From NCBI GenBank assembly GCA_044233495.1, contig JBIIJX010000001.1, positions 1 through 44,596 of the forward strand: DNA of 44,596 nucleotides, in the 5' to 3' direction. Position numbers and translations under genes: made by a program. This document shows positions 14,829 through 24,961 of this stretch, in pieces. A model generated the notes under the pieces. It was given only the letters and a program-made list of their open reading frames with translations. It was not told the origin of the DNA and did not search any database. The first letter of the stretch is position 1, and every line of letters begins with the position of its first letter. The DNA is from Candidatus Nanopelagicales bacterium (lineage in GTDB: Bacteria > Actinomycetota > Actinomycetes > S36-B12).

Positions 14829-15875
14829 TCAGCCTCCGATGGCACTCATCGGGCGATCGGGCTGGACGAAGGACGGGTCGTTGATCCCGTGCCCCGGCAG
14901 CTTCGCCCACGTCGCCGTCGCGAACAGGCGGGCGATGCGGTCGCGGCGCTCCGCATCCGAGAGCGAGCCGTCACGGAGGGTGGCCCGCACGTCGGTCTCG
15001 TCCTGGGCGAACAGGCAGTTGCGGATCTGTCCGTCCGCGGTGAGACGCAGCCGGTCACAGGCGGAGCAGAACGGCTTGCTGACGCTGGCGATGATGCCGA
15101 CGGTCGCGGGACCGTCGTCGACGACGAACTCCTCGGCCGGTGCCGAGCCGCGACCGGGCTTCGGCGTCAGGCGGAACTCGGCCCCGAGGAGCTCGTGGAT
15201 CTCGCCGGCGGTGACCATCTCGGCCCGCTCCCAGGAGCCCTGCGCGTCGAGGGGCATCTGCTCGATGAACCTCAGATGCCAGCCGTGCTCGATCGAGTGG
15301 CGGAGCATGGGAATCGCCTCGTCGTCGTTGATGCCGCGCATGAGCACGGTGTTGACCTTGACCGGGTGCAGTCCGGCCGCGAGTGCGGCACTGATGCCGG
15401 CAAGCACGTCGTCGAATCGATCGCGGAAGGTGAGCCGGGTGAATCGCTCCGGATCGAGGGTGTCGAGGCTGATGTTGACGCGCTCGAGACCCGCGTCGGC
15501 AAGCGGCTGGGCGAGATCGGCGAGCCGCAGGGCGTTCGTCGTCAGGGTGATCCGCGGGGGCGCGGGCAGAGCGTTGATGCGGCGGACGATCTCGACGATG
15601 TCCGGGCGAACGAGCGGCTCACCGCCCGTGAGCCGGATCGACTCGATCCCCTGGCTGATGGCCACCTCGACGACCGTCATGAGCTCGTCGATGGAGAGCA
15701 GGTGGTCACCGGGCATCCAGTCGGAGAAGTCCGGCGGCATGCAGTAGGTGCAGCGCAGGTTGCAGCGATCCGTGACGGATACCCGCAGGTCCCGGTGCAC
15801 CCGACCGTAGGAGTCCACGAGCGTGCCGGTGGCCTCGCCGGCCAACGGCGCCGGCATGCCGAGGTGGGTGGTCAT
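14829..15875 (-). CDS. moaA: GTP 3',8-cyclase MoaA (radical SAM)
   Basis: CNLRCTYCMP radical-SAM cluster and a C-terminal CSACDRLRLTADG cluster motif. The ATG at 15875 forms an ATGA overlap with the moaE stop. Confidence 0.9.
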   Translation of the reverse strand: MTTHLGMPAPLAGEATGTLVDSYGRVHRDLRVSVTDRCNLRCTYCMPPDFSDWMPGDHLLSIDELMTVVEVAISQGIESIRLTGGEPLVRPDIVEIVRRINALPAPPRITLTTNALRLADLAQPLADAGLERVNISLDTLDPERFTRLTFRDRFDDVLAGISAALAAGLHPVKVNTVLMRGINDDEAIPMLRHSIEHGWHLRFIEQMPLDAQGSWERAEMVTAGEIHELLGAEFRLTPKPGRGSAPAEEFVVDDGPATVGIIASVSKPFCSACDRLRLTADGQIRNCLFAQDETDVRATLRDGSLSDAERRDRIARLFATATWAKLPGHGINDPSFVQPDRPMSAIGG

Positions 15876-16294
15876 GCGCAGTTCACCCACTCATCGGTTC
15901 CGTCCGTGAAGACCTGGTGCTTCCACACGGGGAGCTTCTCCTTCGTCAGGTCGACCAGCGCCTGGCAGGCGGCGAACGCCTCACCACGATGGGCCGTCGC
16001 CACGGCTGCGACGAGCGCGGACTCCCCGATCGGGATCGGACCCACGCGATGCGCGACGGCGATCGCGATGGGATCGAAGCGGGCATCGATCTCCTTGGCG
16101 ACCTCGCTGAGCACGGCCTCAGCCGTCGGATGCCCCTCGTAGTCCAGGGTCGCCACGGACCGGCCGTGATCGTGGTCGCGCACCGTGCCGCTGAAGGTCA
16201 CCACCGCTCCCGCTCGAGGATCATCGACGAGGGCCGCCAGGGCATGCACGTCGAGCACCCGCTCGGTGACTTCGACCAGCCGAATCTCGCCCAT
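15872..16294 (-). CDS. moaE: Molybdopterin synthase catalytic subunit MoaE
   Basis: From the ATG at 16294: MGEIRLVEVT...GAVVTFSGTVRDH...LDYEGHPTAE...VAHRVGPIPIGESALVAAVATAHRGEAF...LPVWKHQ. Confidence 0.85.
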   Translation of the reverse strand: MGEIRLVEVTERVLDVHALAALVDDPRAGAVVTFSGTVRDHDHGRSVATLDYEGHPTAEAVLSEVAKEIDARFDPIAIAVAHRVGPIPIGESALVAAVATAHRGEAFAACQALVDLTKEKLPVWKHQVFTDGTDEWVNCA

Positions 16295-16346
16295 CGGGCC
16301 ATTATTGACCGCGTGCCCGGGAACGGCCCGGGGAATCGGAGTGGTC

Positions 16347-17453
16347 ATGCGCGAGGTACTGCCGGAACTGATGGCCGTCCGGTCGCGCCACGGAGCCGCG
16401 GCCATGGCCACCGTCGTGCGCACCTGGCGCTCTGCGCCCCGCCCGGCCGGGGCGTCCATGCTCGTCACGGACGAGTCCGAGGCCGTGGGCTCGGTCAGCG
16501 GCGGCTGCGTCGAGGGAGCCCTGTTCGACCTCGGTCAGGAGGTGCTCTCCGACGGCCAGCCACGCCTTGAGACGTACGGCGTCAGTGACGACGACGCCTT
16601 CGCCGTGGGACTCACCTGCGGAGGCATCCTCGAGGTGTTCGTCGAGCGCGTCGACGAGCAGACCTGGCCGGAACTGGAGGGCATCGCGACGAGCATCGCT
16701 GACGAGGAGCCGGTCGCTGTCGCGACCATCGTGGCCGGTCCCCACCACGTCGGACGCCACATCGTCGTGCGCCGGGACCGCACCGAGGGATCCCTCGGCA
16801 CCACGCGACTCGACGACACTGTGCGCGAGGACGCGATCGGCATGCTCGAGTCCGGAACGACCGGGTTCCTTCACTACGGCCCCGAGGGGGAGCGCCTCGG
16901 CGAGGGCCTCGACGTCTTCGTCCAGTCATTCGCACCCAAGCCGCGGATGATCGTGTTCGGAGCCATCGACTTCTCCGCCGCCCTCGTCCGCGTCGGGAAG
17001 CTGCTCGGATTCAAGGTCTCCGTGGTCGACGCACGGCCTGTGTTCGCGACGGCGAAGCGCTTCCCCGACGCCGACGAGGTGATCGTCGACTGGCCGCACC
17101 GCTGGCTGTCGGGCCAGGAGGTCGACTCTCGCACGGTGATCGCCGTGCTGACGCACGATCCGAAGTTCGACGTGCCCGCCATCAAGCAGGCGCTGCAGAC
17201 CAACGCCGGCTACATCGGTGCGATGGGCTCGCGGCGCACGCACGAGGACCGCCTGATCCGGCTCAAGGAGGCCGGCGTTACCGACGACGAGCTGGCCCGG
17301 GTGCACTCCCCGATCGGCCTCGACCTAGGTGCGCGCACGCCCGAGGAGACCGCCATCTCGATCGCCGCCGAGATCATCCAGTCGCGCTGGGGCGGCAGCG
17401 GCGCCCACCTGGCGACGACGCAGGGCCCGATCCACCCCGGGGCCCCGCGCTAG
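16347..17453 (+). CDS. XdhC-family accessory protein (paralog 3)
   Basis: From the ATG at 16347 (SD GGAG): AAMATVVRTWRSAPRPAGASMLV...GSVSGGCVEGA, PRMIVFGAIDFSAAL, LTHDPKFDVPA...AGYIGAMGSRRT, SPIGLDLGARTPEETAISI. Confidence 0.85.
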   Translation: MREVLPELMAVRSRHGAAAMATVVRTWRSAPRPAGASMLVTDESEAVGSVSGGCVEGALFDLGQEVLSDGQPRLETYGVSDDDAFAVGLTCGGILEVFVERVDEQTWPELEGIATSIADEEPVAVATIVAGPHHVGRHIVVRRDRTEGSLGTTRLDDTVREDAIGMLESGTTGFLHYGPEGERLGEGLDVFVQSFAPKPRMIVFGAIDFSAALVRVGKLLGFKVSVVDARPVFATAKRFPDADEVIVDWPHRWLSGQEVDSRTVIAVLTHDPKFDVPAIKQALQTNAGYIGAMGSRRTHEDRLIRLKEAGVTDDELARVHSPIGLDLGARTPEETAISIAAEIIQSRWGGSGAHLATTQGPIHPGAPR

Positions 17454-18007
17454 TGACGTCCGGGAGCCCGGTCGCCGGCCTCGTTCTCGCAGCGGGATCC
17501 GGGTCGCGGTTCGGGCAGCCGAAGGCCCCGGTCGTCGTCGACGGGGAGCGTCTGGTCGACCGCGCGGTGCGGGTGATGGTCGAGGCCGGATGCGATCCTG
17601 TGGTGGTCGTGCTCGGCGCATGGGTGGGTCACGTCGAGGGTGCCAACGTCGTCGTCAACGATGCCTGGCCCGAGGGGATGGGGTCGTCCCTGCGCACCGG
17701 GCTGACGCACCTGCGCAACCAGTCCGACGCCGACCGCGCGGTGATCACGCTGGTCGACCTTCCCGGACTCACGACCTCCGCGGTCGAGCGACTCATCAAC
17801 TCGTCCGCCGATGCCCCTGCAGCGCAGTGCACCTACGACGGGGAGCGGGGTCACCCGGTATGCCTGGCGAGGACGCTCTGGGACGAGGCGATCGACGTCG
17901 CCCGGGGAGATCAGGGGGCCCGACGGCTCCTGCGCGAGCACCGGGATGTGGTGCTCGTGGAGGTGGGCGACGTGGCCGACGGTGCCGACCTCGATCTTCC
18001 GATGTGA
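17453..18007 (+). CDS. mocA: MobA-like nucleotidyltransferase, probable molybdenum cofactor cytidylyltransferase
   Basis: LVLAAGSGSRFGQPKA N-terminal motif, DLPGLT motif, and G.PV near the C-terminus. The GTG start overlaps the xdhC stop by 1 nt. Confidence 0.7.
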   Translation: MTSGSPVAGLVLAAGSGSRFGQPKAPVVVDGERLVDRAVRVMVEAGCDPVVVVLGAWVGHVEGANVVVNDAWPEGMGSSLRTGLTHLRNQSDADRAVITLVDLPGLTTSAVERLINSSADAPAAQCTYDGERGHPVCLARTLWDEAIDVARGDQGARRLLREHRDVVLVEVGDVADGADLDLPM

Positions 18008-18017
18008 GGCGCGCCGT

Positions 18018-18692
18018 TCACCCGTGCAGGTGACCGGCTCCCGAACCGAACAGCATCACAGCGGCCACCGCAGTGAGCATGAGGGTCGTGCCGACGACCA
18101 CCATTGCCTGGCGGGGCGTCGAGGGCTCGCGCTCCCAGCAGAGCAGGACGGTGAGTCCGAGCAGCAGCAGCACGGGTGCGACGAAGCCGGGGAGAGCCAT
18201 GGCTGTCACCATCGCCGCGAGCATGATCGGCGCGCACGCGGAGACGCATCGAAGCCCCTGCCGTGCCCCGAACCCGGATGCACGTCCGCTGTAGACCACC
18301 GCGCTGCAGGACTTGACGAGTCGATGCTGCTGCGGGAGCACCTGATAGGCCCCCGCGACGATCCAGGTGAGTGCGATCCAGAACGGCGTCCACTGCAGGG
18401 CGTTCATGACCAGGTAGGCCGGCACACCCGCAGCAAGCCACACCACCAGGAAGCCCCCGATGAAGGACCAGGCCCGGGCGGGCGACCCGTCGGCCGCACG
18501 CATCATCGGCCTCGTCACGGTCGGGAGCATCATCGCCACGGACATGGCCGCCCACATCACCGCGAAGGACGCCGCCGAGGAGTGGTCCGCAGTGACAGCG
18601 AGGAGCACCCACGCGCCCAGGACACCCGCGGCTGCTGGCAGGACCACTCCGTTGCGCAGCCGCGCGTCGGCACCGAGCAGCACTGCGACCAT
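18018..18692 (-). CDS. Multi-pass membrane protein, DUF2182-like (predicted metal-binding membrane protein)
   Basis: 224 aa with about 6 TM segments. The W..M..AMMLP...P motif and a conserved Cys pair recall DUF2182. The assignment is from memory only. Confidence 0.5.
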   Translation of the reverse strand: MVAVLLGADARLRNGVVLPAAAGVLGAWVLLAVTADHSSAASFAVMWAAMSVAMMLPTVTRPMMRAADGSPARAWSFIGGFLVVWLAAGVPAYLVMNALQWTPFWIALTWIVAGAYQVLPQQHRLVKSCSAVVYSGRASGFGARQGLRCVSACAPIMLAAMVTAMALPGFVAPVLLLLGLTVLLCWEREPSTPRQAMVVVGTTLMLTAVAAVMLFGSGAGHLHG

Positions 18693-18749
18693 GGACGGAC
18701 GGTAGACCCGGCCGTTTCGGTCCGCGACCGGACCGGGGGATTCTCTCCG

Positions 18750-20246
18750 TCAGGCTGCAGGCCGCGCTGCCGCCGTGCGCTGCTCCGCATGCTCGACGAT
18801 GTGCCGGGCCATGGGGGGAAACACGAAGGCGTGGAAGGGCGCGACTCCCCACCAGTAGGCGTGACCCGCGAGGCCGTGCGGCCAGTAGATCGCGCGCTGG
18901 CGCAGCAGCCGGGTCGTCCCCTCGTCCTGCACGGTGAACTCCAGCCAGGCGCGTCCCGGCATGAGCATCTCCGCTCGCAGGCGGACGACCTCGTTGGGGA
19001 TGTACTCCTCCACCCGCCAGAAGTCCACGGCGTCGCCGACCGACAGTCGCTCCGGATCCCGTCGCCCGCGACGCAGTCCGACACCGCCGGCCAGTCGGTC
19101 GATGAAGCCGCGCGTGCGCCAGAGGAACTGCGACGAGTACCAGCCGGACTCCCCGCCGATACGCTCGATGGCTGCGAAGAGATTCTCCGTCGACGCGGTC
19201 GTCCGGACCTCCCGCACATCGGTGTAGAGCGTGCCTCCGGTCCAGGTCGGGTCGCTGGGCAGCGGTTCGCTCGGCACCCCCGGCGTCGCGGCATCGGACC
19301 ATCGCGTGGCGACCTGCGCCTCCTTCACGCGGGTGAGTGCCAGGCGCACGGCCTCGTCGAAGTCGATCAGTCCGTTGGGCGGATCGGGGATCCATTGCGC
19401 GATGTCATGCTCACGGCACACGGCTGGATGACGAAGCGAGCGCACGAGCGGTCGGGCGATGGCGCGCGGCACGGGAGTCACGAGGTTGACCCAGTGGCTC
19501 GACAGCTCCGGGGTCAGCACGTTGATCGGCAGGATGATCCGCTTCGACAGGCCGGCCACCGCCGCATACCGGTGCATCATCTCCTCGTAGGTGAGGACGT
19601 CCGGTCCGCCGATGTCGAAGGCGCGGCTCACATCCGCGGGAAGGTCGGCGCAGAGCACGAGGTAGCGGAGGACGTCGCGAATGGCGATGGGCTGCGTTCG
19701 GGTACGCACCCACCGGGGCGTGATCATCGCGGGAAGCCGCTCGGTGAGGTATCGCAGCATCTCAAAGGACGCTGATCCCGAGCCGATGATGACGCTCGCG
19801 CGCAATTCGATGACGGAGACGCCCGACGCTCGCAGCAGTGCACCAACCTGGTGGCGCGAGCGCATGTGCGGCGACATCGACTCCGCAGGAAGGTCCGGGG
19901 CCAGGCCGCCGAGGTAGACGATCCTGCTGATCCCCGAATCGGCAGCTGCTCGCGCGAACCCCTCGGCCATGCGCCGCTCGGCCGCCTCGAGGTCGCTGCC
20001 CTGCTGCAGCGAGTGCAGCAGGTAGTAGGCGGTGCCGACACCGTTCATGGCCGTGGCAAGGGCAACAGGATCGAGGGCGTCTCCCTCCACGATGTCCACC
20101 CGCGATCGCCAGTCCGTGTGAGCCAGCTTGGCCGCATCACGCACGAGAACGCGCACCTCATGGCCGGCCTCGAGCAGGTAGCCGACGAGGCGACCGCCGA
20201 CGTAGCCGGTGGCACCCGTCACGAGGGTCCAGCCGCGGTCGCTCAT
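18750..20246 (-). CDS. NAD(P)-binding SDR-family protein with a DUF2867-like C-terminal domain
   Basis: From the ATG at 20246: MSDRGWTLVTGATGYVGGRLV (Rossmann GxxGxxG). The long upstream extension in the track ORF is Ser/Arg/Pro junk. Confidence 0.75.
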   Translation of the reverse strand: MSDRGWTLVTGATGYVGGRLVGYLLEAGHEVRVLVRDAAKLAHTDWRSRVDIVEGDALDPVALATAMNGVGTAYYLLHSLQQGSDLEAAERRMAEGFARAAADSGISRIVYLGGLAPDLPAESMSPHMRSRHQVGALLRASGVSVIELRASVIIGSGSASFEMLRYLTERLPAMITPRWVRTRTQPIAIRDVLRYLVLCADLPADVSRAFDIGGPDVLTYEEMMHRYAAVAGLSKRIILPINVLTPELSSHWVNLVTPVPRAIARPLVRSLRHPAVCREHDIAQWIPDPPNGLIDFDEAVRLALTRVKEAQVATRWSDAATPGVPSEPLPSDPTWTGGTLYTDVREVRTTASTENLFAAIERIGGESGWYSSQFLWRTRGFIDRLAGGVGLRRGRRDPERLSVGDAVDFWRVEEYIPNEVVRLRAEMLMPGRAWLEFTVQDEGTTRLLRQRAIYWPHGLAGHAYWWGVAPFHAFVFPPMARHIVEHAEQRTAAARPAA

Positions 20247-20301
20247 CTCGTCCTCACCCGAGCATGATCCCGGGAATGCGGCTGCGTCGCACCTCGGCCG
20301 G

Positions 20302-20808
20302 CTAGACCGATGAGCGCCCGGCCTCGGCGACCCGCACCGGCGGCACCTGGATCCACGGGAATCTGATCCAGCGGTCCGTGGAGCGCCAGGCGAGATCCGG
20401 GGCGTAGGTGGTGCCGGGCTTCTCGTAGAGAACGGCGACGTGCACGACTGCATCGTCGGGAAGCATCGCCCGCACGAACTGCAGGGTGGCGCCTGTGTCG
20501 GCCACATCGTCGGCGACGAGGACCCGCTTGCCGCCGAGGTCGGCGAGGTAGGGCGGCTGGCCGATGAGCACCGGCTCCGGCAGCGTCTCACCCGCGTCGG
20601 TGTAGAACTCGACATTCACGTGACGGACATCCTTGATGTCGAGCGCGTAGGCCAGGGCGGTGGAGACGAACAGGCCCCCGCGCACGACGCCGAGGATGAC
20701 GTCCGGGATCCACCCACGCGCCACGAGCTGCTCGGCCAACCAGCGGATGCCCACCCCGAAGTCCTCGTAGGTGAAGGTCTCCAGCTCGTTCTCCGGTGGC
20801 ATGCCCAT
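20302..20808 (-). CDS. Phosphoribosyltransferase family protein (purine PRT-like)
   Basis: 168 aa with the PRPP-binding loop RVLVADDVADTGATL. Confidence 0.75.
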   Translation of the reverse strand: MGMPPENELETFTYEDFGVGIRWLAEQLVARGWIPDVILGVVRGGLFVSTALAYALDIKDVRHVNVEFYTDAGETLPEPVLIGQPPYLADLGGKRVLVADDVADTGATLQFVRAMLPDDAVVHVAVLYEKPGTTYAPDLAWRSTDRWIRFPWIQVPPVRVAEAGRSSV

Positions 20809-20903
20809 GGGGCCATCGTGGCCTACCGAGTGGTGACGACCGGTGCGACGTCATCACCTTCCGAAAACGAACTCGACCGACGCTCGACCAGCGCGTTTGG
20901 CCA

Positions 20904-21533
20904 TCATCCTGTGCACAGGGTGGTGAAGCCGTAGTCCACGCAGTTCTCGCCGGGGTTCGACGACGTCGCCGGTGAGGGAGTCGGTGTCGACGGGACGGTC
21001 GGCGGCACCGGCACGTCGCCATTCGCGTTCGGCGGGGTGGCGGGCACCAGCTGGTCCGCAGTGTCGGCCGCAACGGAGAACGCGGCGCAGGCGAGACGTC
21101 CGGATCTCATTCCATAGGCGCACAGGGCGGGCTTGCCCCACTCCGACTCGTAGATGGCGGTCGACGGCGACGTCTTCCATGTCAGTCCGCCCCTGGCATC
21201 GGCTCGCCGGGTGCCGGCGCTGTACTCCACCATCCGGCTCTGCCCGAAGATGTTGTAGTTGAAAAGCCGCAGGCCCTCGCGCGGCTGAAACCCGGAGACG
21301 CGCAGGGTCACTCCGCCCGTGCCCTTGAGCTCCTTGGGCGACATCGAGGCGGACATCCCCTTCGACAGGCCCGGTTCGGTCGGCCGTCCCTCGAGGAAGT
21401 CGACGCACTGAGTGCCGGACAGGAGCGGGATGCACACGCGTGCGGCTGCAGCCTGCGGGGCAGCGGTGACGACGGCGGCGAGCATGATCATCGCCACTCC
21501 TACGGGAGCAAGACTCCGAGCCCTCATCGTCAT
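20904..21533 (-). CDS. Hypothetical secreted protein
   Basis: Signal-peptide-like N-terminus (RSLAPVGVAMIMLAAVVTAAPQAAAA), paired Cys residues and a Pro/Thr-rich linker. ATGA overlap with the upstream gene. Confidence 0.6.
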   Translation of the reverse strand: MTMRARSLAPVGVAMIMLAAVVTAAPQAAAARVCIPLLSGTQCVDFLEGRPTEPGLSKGMSASMSPKELKGTGGVTLRVSGFQPREGLRLFNYNIFGQSRMVEYSAGTRRADARGGLTWKTSPSTAIYESEWGKPALCAYGMRSGRLACAAFSVAADTADQLVPATPPNANGDVPVPPTVPSTPTPSPATSSNPGENCVDYGFTTLCTG

Positions 21534-22252
21534 TCCCCCTCAGGAATCGGCTGGCAGGACGACGTCACCGTCAGCACCCACCGGCTGCCGTCCTGCGACC
21601 ACTCCGTCGTCAGGCTGGCATCTGGCAGGAGCATGAGTGCCGCGGTCGACACCTCCACGGCCTGAGTGATGGCATCGCGATCCTCGGCCGGCAGATTCGC
21701 CTCGACATCGAAGGTCAGGCTCGAGATCGCCTGAAACGCAGTCGGGTCATCAGGGCACACACTCACTCGCACATCCGGACCGGTGACCCCCGAAGTGCTC
21801 CACACGGACATGCCCGTCGCGTCGGCAACCGCCTGCTGCATGACCTGGTCGACGTCGAAGGCGACCTGCATGGCCTCCGCTCCCGCATCCCTGCCGGACG
21901 AGACGGTCGACGCTCCCCATACCTGCAGCACGAGCGCGAGTGCCGAGACGAGAATCGCAATGAGGGCAACGATGAGGGTCCAACGACGCGGCCGGAACGC
22001 GTACAGCGTCAGCAGCACCACTGCGGACAGCCCGCCGAGGTAACCCGCTGCGGATCCGGCCACCAGCGCGGTCTGGGCCGCATCGCAGTTCGCACCCAGA
22101 CACTCCCATGACCCGATCGAGGCGAAGAGCACGATGGAGGGCACCAGCCCGGTGTAGCCGAGCACCACGACAGCGCCGAGCCCGGCGATGACCCGACCGA
22201 CGGTCGAGGAGCGCCCGTGCGCCGACGCTGGACTGTCCGACTCCGCTGCCAT
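21530..22252 (-). CDS. Hypothetical membrane protein
   Basis: 240 aa with about 3-4 TM segments in the N-terminal half followed by a soluble domain. High GC3. Confidence 0.55.
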   Translation of the reverse strand: MAAESDSPASAHGRSSTVGRVIAGLGAVVVLGYTGLVPSIVLFASIGSWECLGANCDAAQTALVAGSAAGYLGGLSAVVLLTLYAFRPRRWTLIVALIAILVSALALVLQVWGASTVSSGRDAGAEAMQVAFDVDQVMQQAVADATGMSVWSTSGVTGPDVRVSVCPDDPTAFQAISSLTFDVEANLPAEDRDAITQAVEVSTAALMLLPDASLTTEWSQDGSRWVLTVTSSCQPIPEGE

Positions 22253-22404
22253 GCCCGTCTCCTCCGCGTGGGCCTGCGGTGTCCCGGATGCGCGCGGGTG
22301 CGGTCAGCGCACCGGTGTGACCGGCAGGTGTGCGGCTGTGTCATGAAGACCCTGCACGCCGATTGTGGCGTATCGCCGCCCGAATCGGGAGCTCTTCGCG
22401 GCCG

Positions 22405-22980
22405 TCAGATCTGCGTGCGGTGGAAGTTCGCGTAGGAGCGTGAGGGTGTCGGCCCCCGCTGGCCCTGGTACCGCGAGCCGTACTTCTCCGAGCCGTACGG
22501 ATGCTCCGCGGGGGACGACAGGCGGAACAGGCACAGCTGGCCGATCTTCATTCCCGGGTAGAGCAGGATCGGCAGGGTCGCCACGTTCGACAGCTCGAGG
22601 GTGATGTGCCCGCTGAACCCCGGATCGATGAACCCGGCGGTGGAGTGGGTGAGCAGGCCGAGGCGACCCAGGGAGCTCTTGCCCTCCAGGCGTCCCGCGA
22701 TGTCATCAGGCAGCGTCACGACCTCGTAGGTCGACCCGAGAACGAACTCCCCTGGATGCAGGACGAACGGCTCGTCGCCCTCAGGCTCCAGCAGTCGCGT
22801 GAGGTCCGGCTGCTCGATGCTCGGGTCGATGTGCGGGTACTTGTGGTTCTCGAATACCCGGAACCAGCGATCGAGGCGAACATCGATGCTGGACGGCTGG
22901 ATCATCGTCTCGGCGTAGGGTTCGACGCCCACGCGCCCGCACGAGATCTCGGCCTTCAGGTCGCGATCGGAGAGCAGCAC
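22405..22980 (-). CDS. dcd: dCTP deaminase
   Basis: MLLSDRDLK...QPSSIDVRL...GEFVLG.T.E...[30 protein letters not shown], typical of Dcd. Confidence 0.9.
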   Translation of the reverse strand: MLLSDRDLKAEISCGRVGVEPYAETMIQPSSIDVRLDRWFRVFENHKYPHIDPSIEQPDLTRLLEPEGDEPFVLHPGEFVLGSTYEVVTLPDDIAGRLEGKSSLGRLGLLTHSTAGFIDPGFSGHITLELSNVATLPILLYPGMKIGQLCLFRLSSPAEHPYGSEKYGSRYQGQRGPTPSRSYANFHRTQI

Positions 22981-22989
22981 GGGCCGAGG

Positions 22990-24888
22990 CTACCGGGACG
23001 ACTCATGCGGTCGGGGCGTCGCCCCGCCCCCTGAGGCCGGCGCGGTTTCGCGCACCTGTCGCTCCACCGTTGCGACCACCAAGCCGCTGGCATCGTCCTC
23101 GATCTCGCTCACCTCCACCGTGACGTCATCGAATGAGCGCACGCTTCCTGGATTCAGTCCGGCGCTCTCAGCACCCGCCTTCGAGAGGGAAAGCGAGAGC
23201 AGCTCCCACTCGGGACTGGCGACACTCTGGATGCGCATTCCCGGCTGGGGATGCGTCGAGGCAGCCTGGATGAGGAGGTCGAGGACGCCATCGGGCATCG
23301 GCCTGGCGTCTGAACTCGTGGCAAGCACACCGACTTCGACAGGTATCCCCTGATCGGCAAGACGCCAGATGATGGTGGCCGCTGCGCGCGCGAAACCTTC
23401 GACCACACCCTGGTCGACCTGCACGCTGGCCCGCAGCTGTCCGGAGAGGCAGGCCAGCGTGCGCACGTCATCGTCATTAAGTACCTCCCGAGCGGCGATC
23501 GCGTCGAACCGGTCGGCAGCGGACCGCGCAACTGCGACCAGGACGCCGTCGATGTCCGCCACTGACGCCGCCCGCGAGTCCTCGAGCGCGGCGGTCGTCG
23601 CAATGGCTTCCATGGCGTCACGGTCCCGGCGATTGACGCGCGCGCCGATCAGGGTGAACACCACCGCGAGCGGCAGGAAGGCTGCGACATTCAAGATGAT
23701 GACCGTCGGTGCCAACTGGCAGGAGGGGTCGGTGGCCTGTGCGATCGCGACCGCTCCCGTCGCCCACACGAGGAGTCCGACGATGAAGGGCGCCGCCCCG
23801 GACCACAGGCCGATGCACACGATCGCGAATCCCGCGATCATGGCGGCCACCGTCACCGCTGCGTTCGCATCGCAGCCATAGCGATCGGTGGCCAGCAGCC
23901 ACGGCACCACTGCCGGGGGCAGCACCGCGAGAAGGCCCCACGACCAGCGGATCCTCCGCTGGCGAACCACGAGCCAGATGGCAACAGCGTTGCCGGTGAG
24001 CGTGGCAGCGATTGTGAGAGTCGCGACGATCCACGACACGTACGACACGAACCAGGCGTACACGCTGCCCGCGATCAGCATGCCGGCGAGCGCGCTGGTC
24101 AGGATCACGATGCCCGCATTCACCGGCTCATCCGCAGCCTTCGAGGCGGCTCGGCCCAGCGGTGATGGTGCGGTCGGGAGCGCGACGTCCTCGAGGGCGG
24201 ATCTCCCCTGCGCCGCCAGCACCCGGAGTCGATCCGGGTCGACGCGTCGGGACTCGAGCAGTGCGTTGATGGAGTTCAGCAGTGTCGCGTGCACCCGCCC
24301 GGCCTGCTCGCGCCACAGCGCCGAGCGCTCCTGGGCTGCGATGGCCCCGACCTCTGCGTCCCGCAGCGCATCCCATCGGTCATCCCGCGACGCGGCGCGG
24401 CGAACGAGGCCGTTCCACGCCCACCACAGCATCAGCTGCGAACCGAGCACCCGCAGGAACTGCAGGGCGCCGTTGCCGATCACGAACGACTCCGGAGCCA
24501 CATTGTCCGGGCCGGTGAGCCATACCCCCCAGACGAGCGCCGCCGTCGCGACCGCCGTGACGAAGCCCAGGGATCTCGGCAGCAGCAGCGTGAGGAAGAA
24601 GCCGACGTAGCCGAAGTAGGTCGCCGGATAGGTCCAGACCAGAGCACCGGATGGTACGAGCGCCGTTGATCCCAGCGCGATCATGGCGACCACCAGCAGC
24701 CACAGCGACCAGCGGCGGGATGCTAGCACCAGGCCGGCGAGGATCAGCGCCCCGGCCGCGATCACGAACGCCTGCTCGTAGCCCGAGAGCACCTGCCACT
24801 GGGGGCCGATCACCAGCATGGTCAACGACCAGGAGAGCACGCAGATCGACAGCATGGCCCACGACCGGGTTACCAGGAGTGACGTCAT
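22990..24888 (-). CDS. Polytopic membrane protein with a histidine-kinase-like H-box and a degenerate C-terminal kinase-like domain
   Basis: From the ATG at 24888 (the track start at 25056 would overlap the divergent regulator). Two TM blocks are separated by WREQAGRVHATLLNSINAL, which resembles a HisKA_3 H-box. No clear G1/G2 ATP-lid motifs are visible. Confidence 0.6.
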   Translation of the reverse strand: MTSLLVTRSWAMLSICVLSWSLTMLVIGPQWQVLSGYEQAFVIAAGALILAGLVLASRRWSLWLLVVAMIALGSTALVPSGALVWTYPATYFGYVGFFLTLLLPRSLGFVTAVATAALVWGVWLTGPDNVAPESFVIGNGALQFLRVLGSQLMLWWAWNGLVRRAASRDDRWDALRDAEVGAIAAQERSALWREQAGRVHATLLNSINALLESRRVDPDRLRVLAAQGRSALEDVALPTAPSPLGRAASKAADEPVNAGIVILTSALAGMLIAGSVYAWFVSYVSWIVATLTIAATLTGNAVAIWLVVRQRRIRWSWGLLAVLPPAVVPWLLATDRYGCDANAAVTVAAMIAGFAIVCIGLWSGAAPFIVGLLVWATGAVAIAQATDPSCQLAPTVIILNVAAFLPLAVVFTLIGARVNRRDRDAMEAIATTAALEDSRAASVADIDGVLVAVARSAADRFDAIAAREVLNDDDVRTLACLSGQLRASVQVDQGVVEGFARAAATIIWRLADQGIPVEVGVLATSSDARPMPDGVLDLLIQAASTHPQPGMRIQSVASPEWELLSLSLSKAGAESAGLNPGSVRSFDDVTVEVSEIEDDASGLVVATVERQVRETAPASGGGATPRPHESSR

Positions 24889-24961
24889 GTGGCGGCGCTC
24901 GAAAAGGCTCACCTCTTCGTCGACCTCCTCCAGATCGGTACGATGCTGCCGAGAGGAGATC

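Noticed and set aside
17811-19775. 654-aa plus-strand ORF and a 494-aa minus-strand ORF (17911-19395) spanning the mocA / DUF2182 / SDR region
   Set aside because: Both cross several independently supported genes. Their translations are Arg/Pro/Gly-rich without motifs. They are off-frame artefacts of GC-rich DNA.
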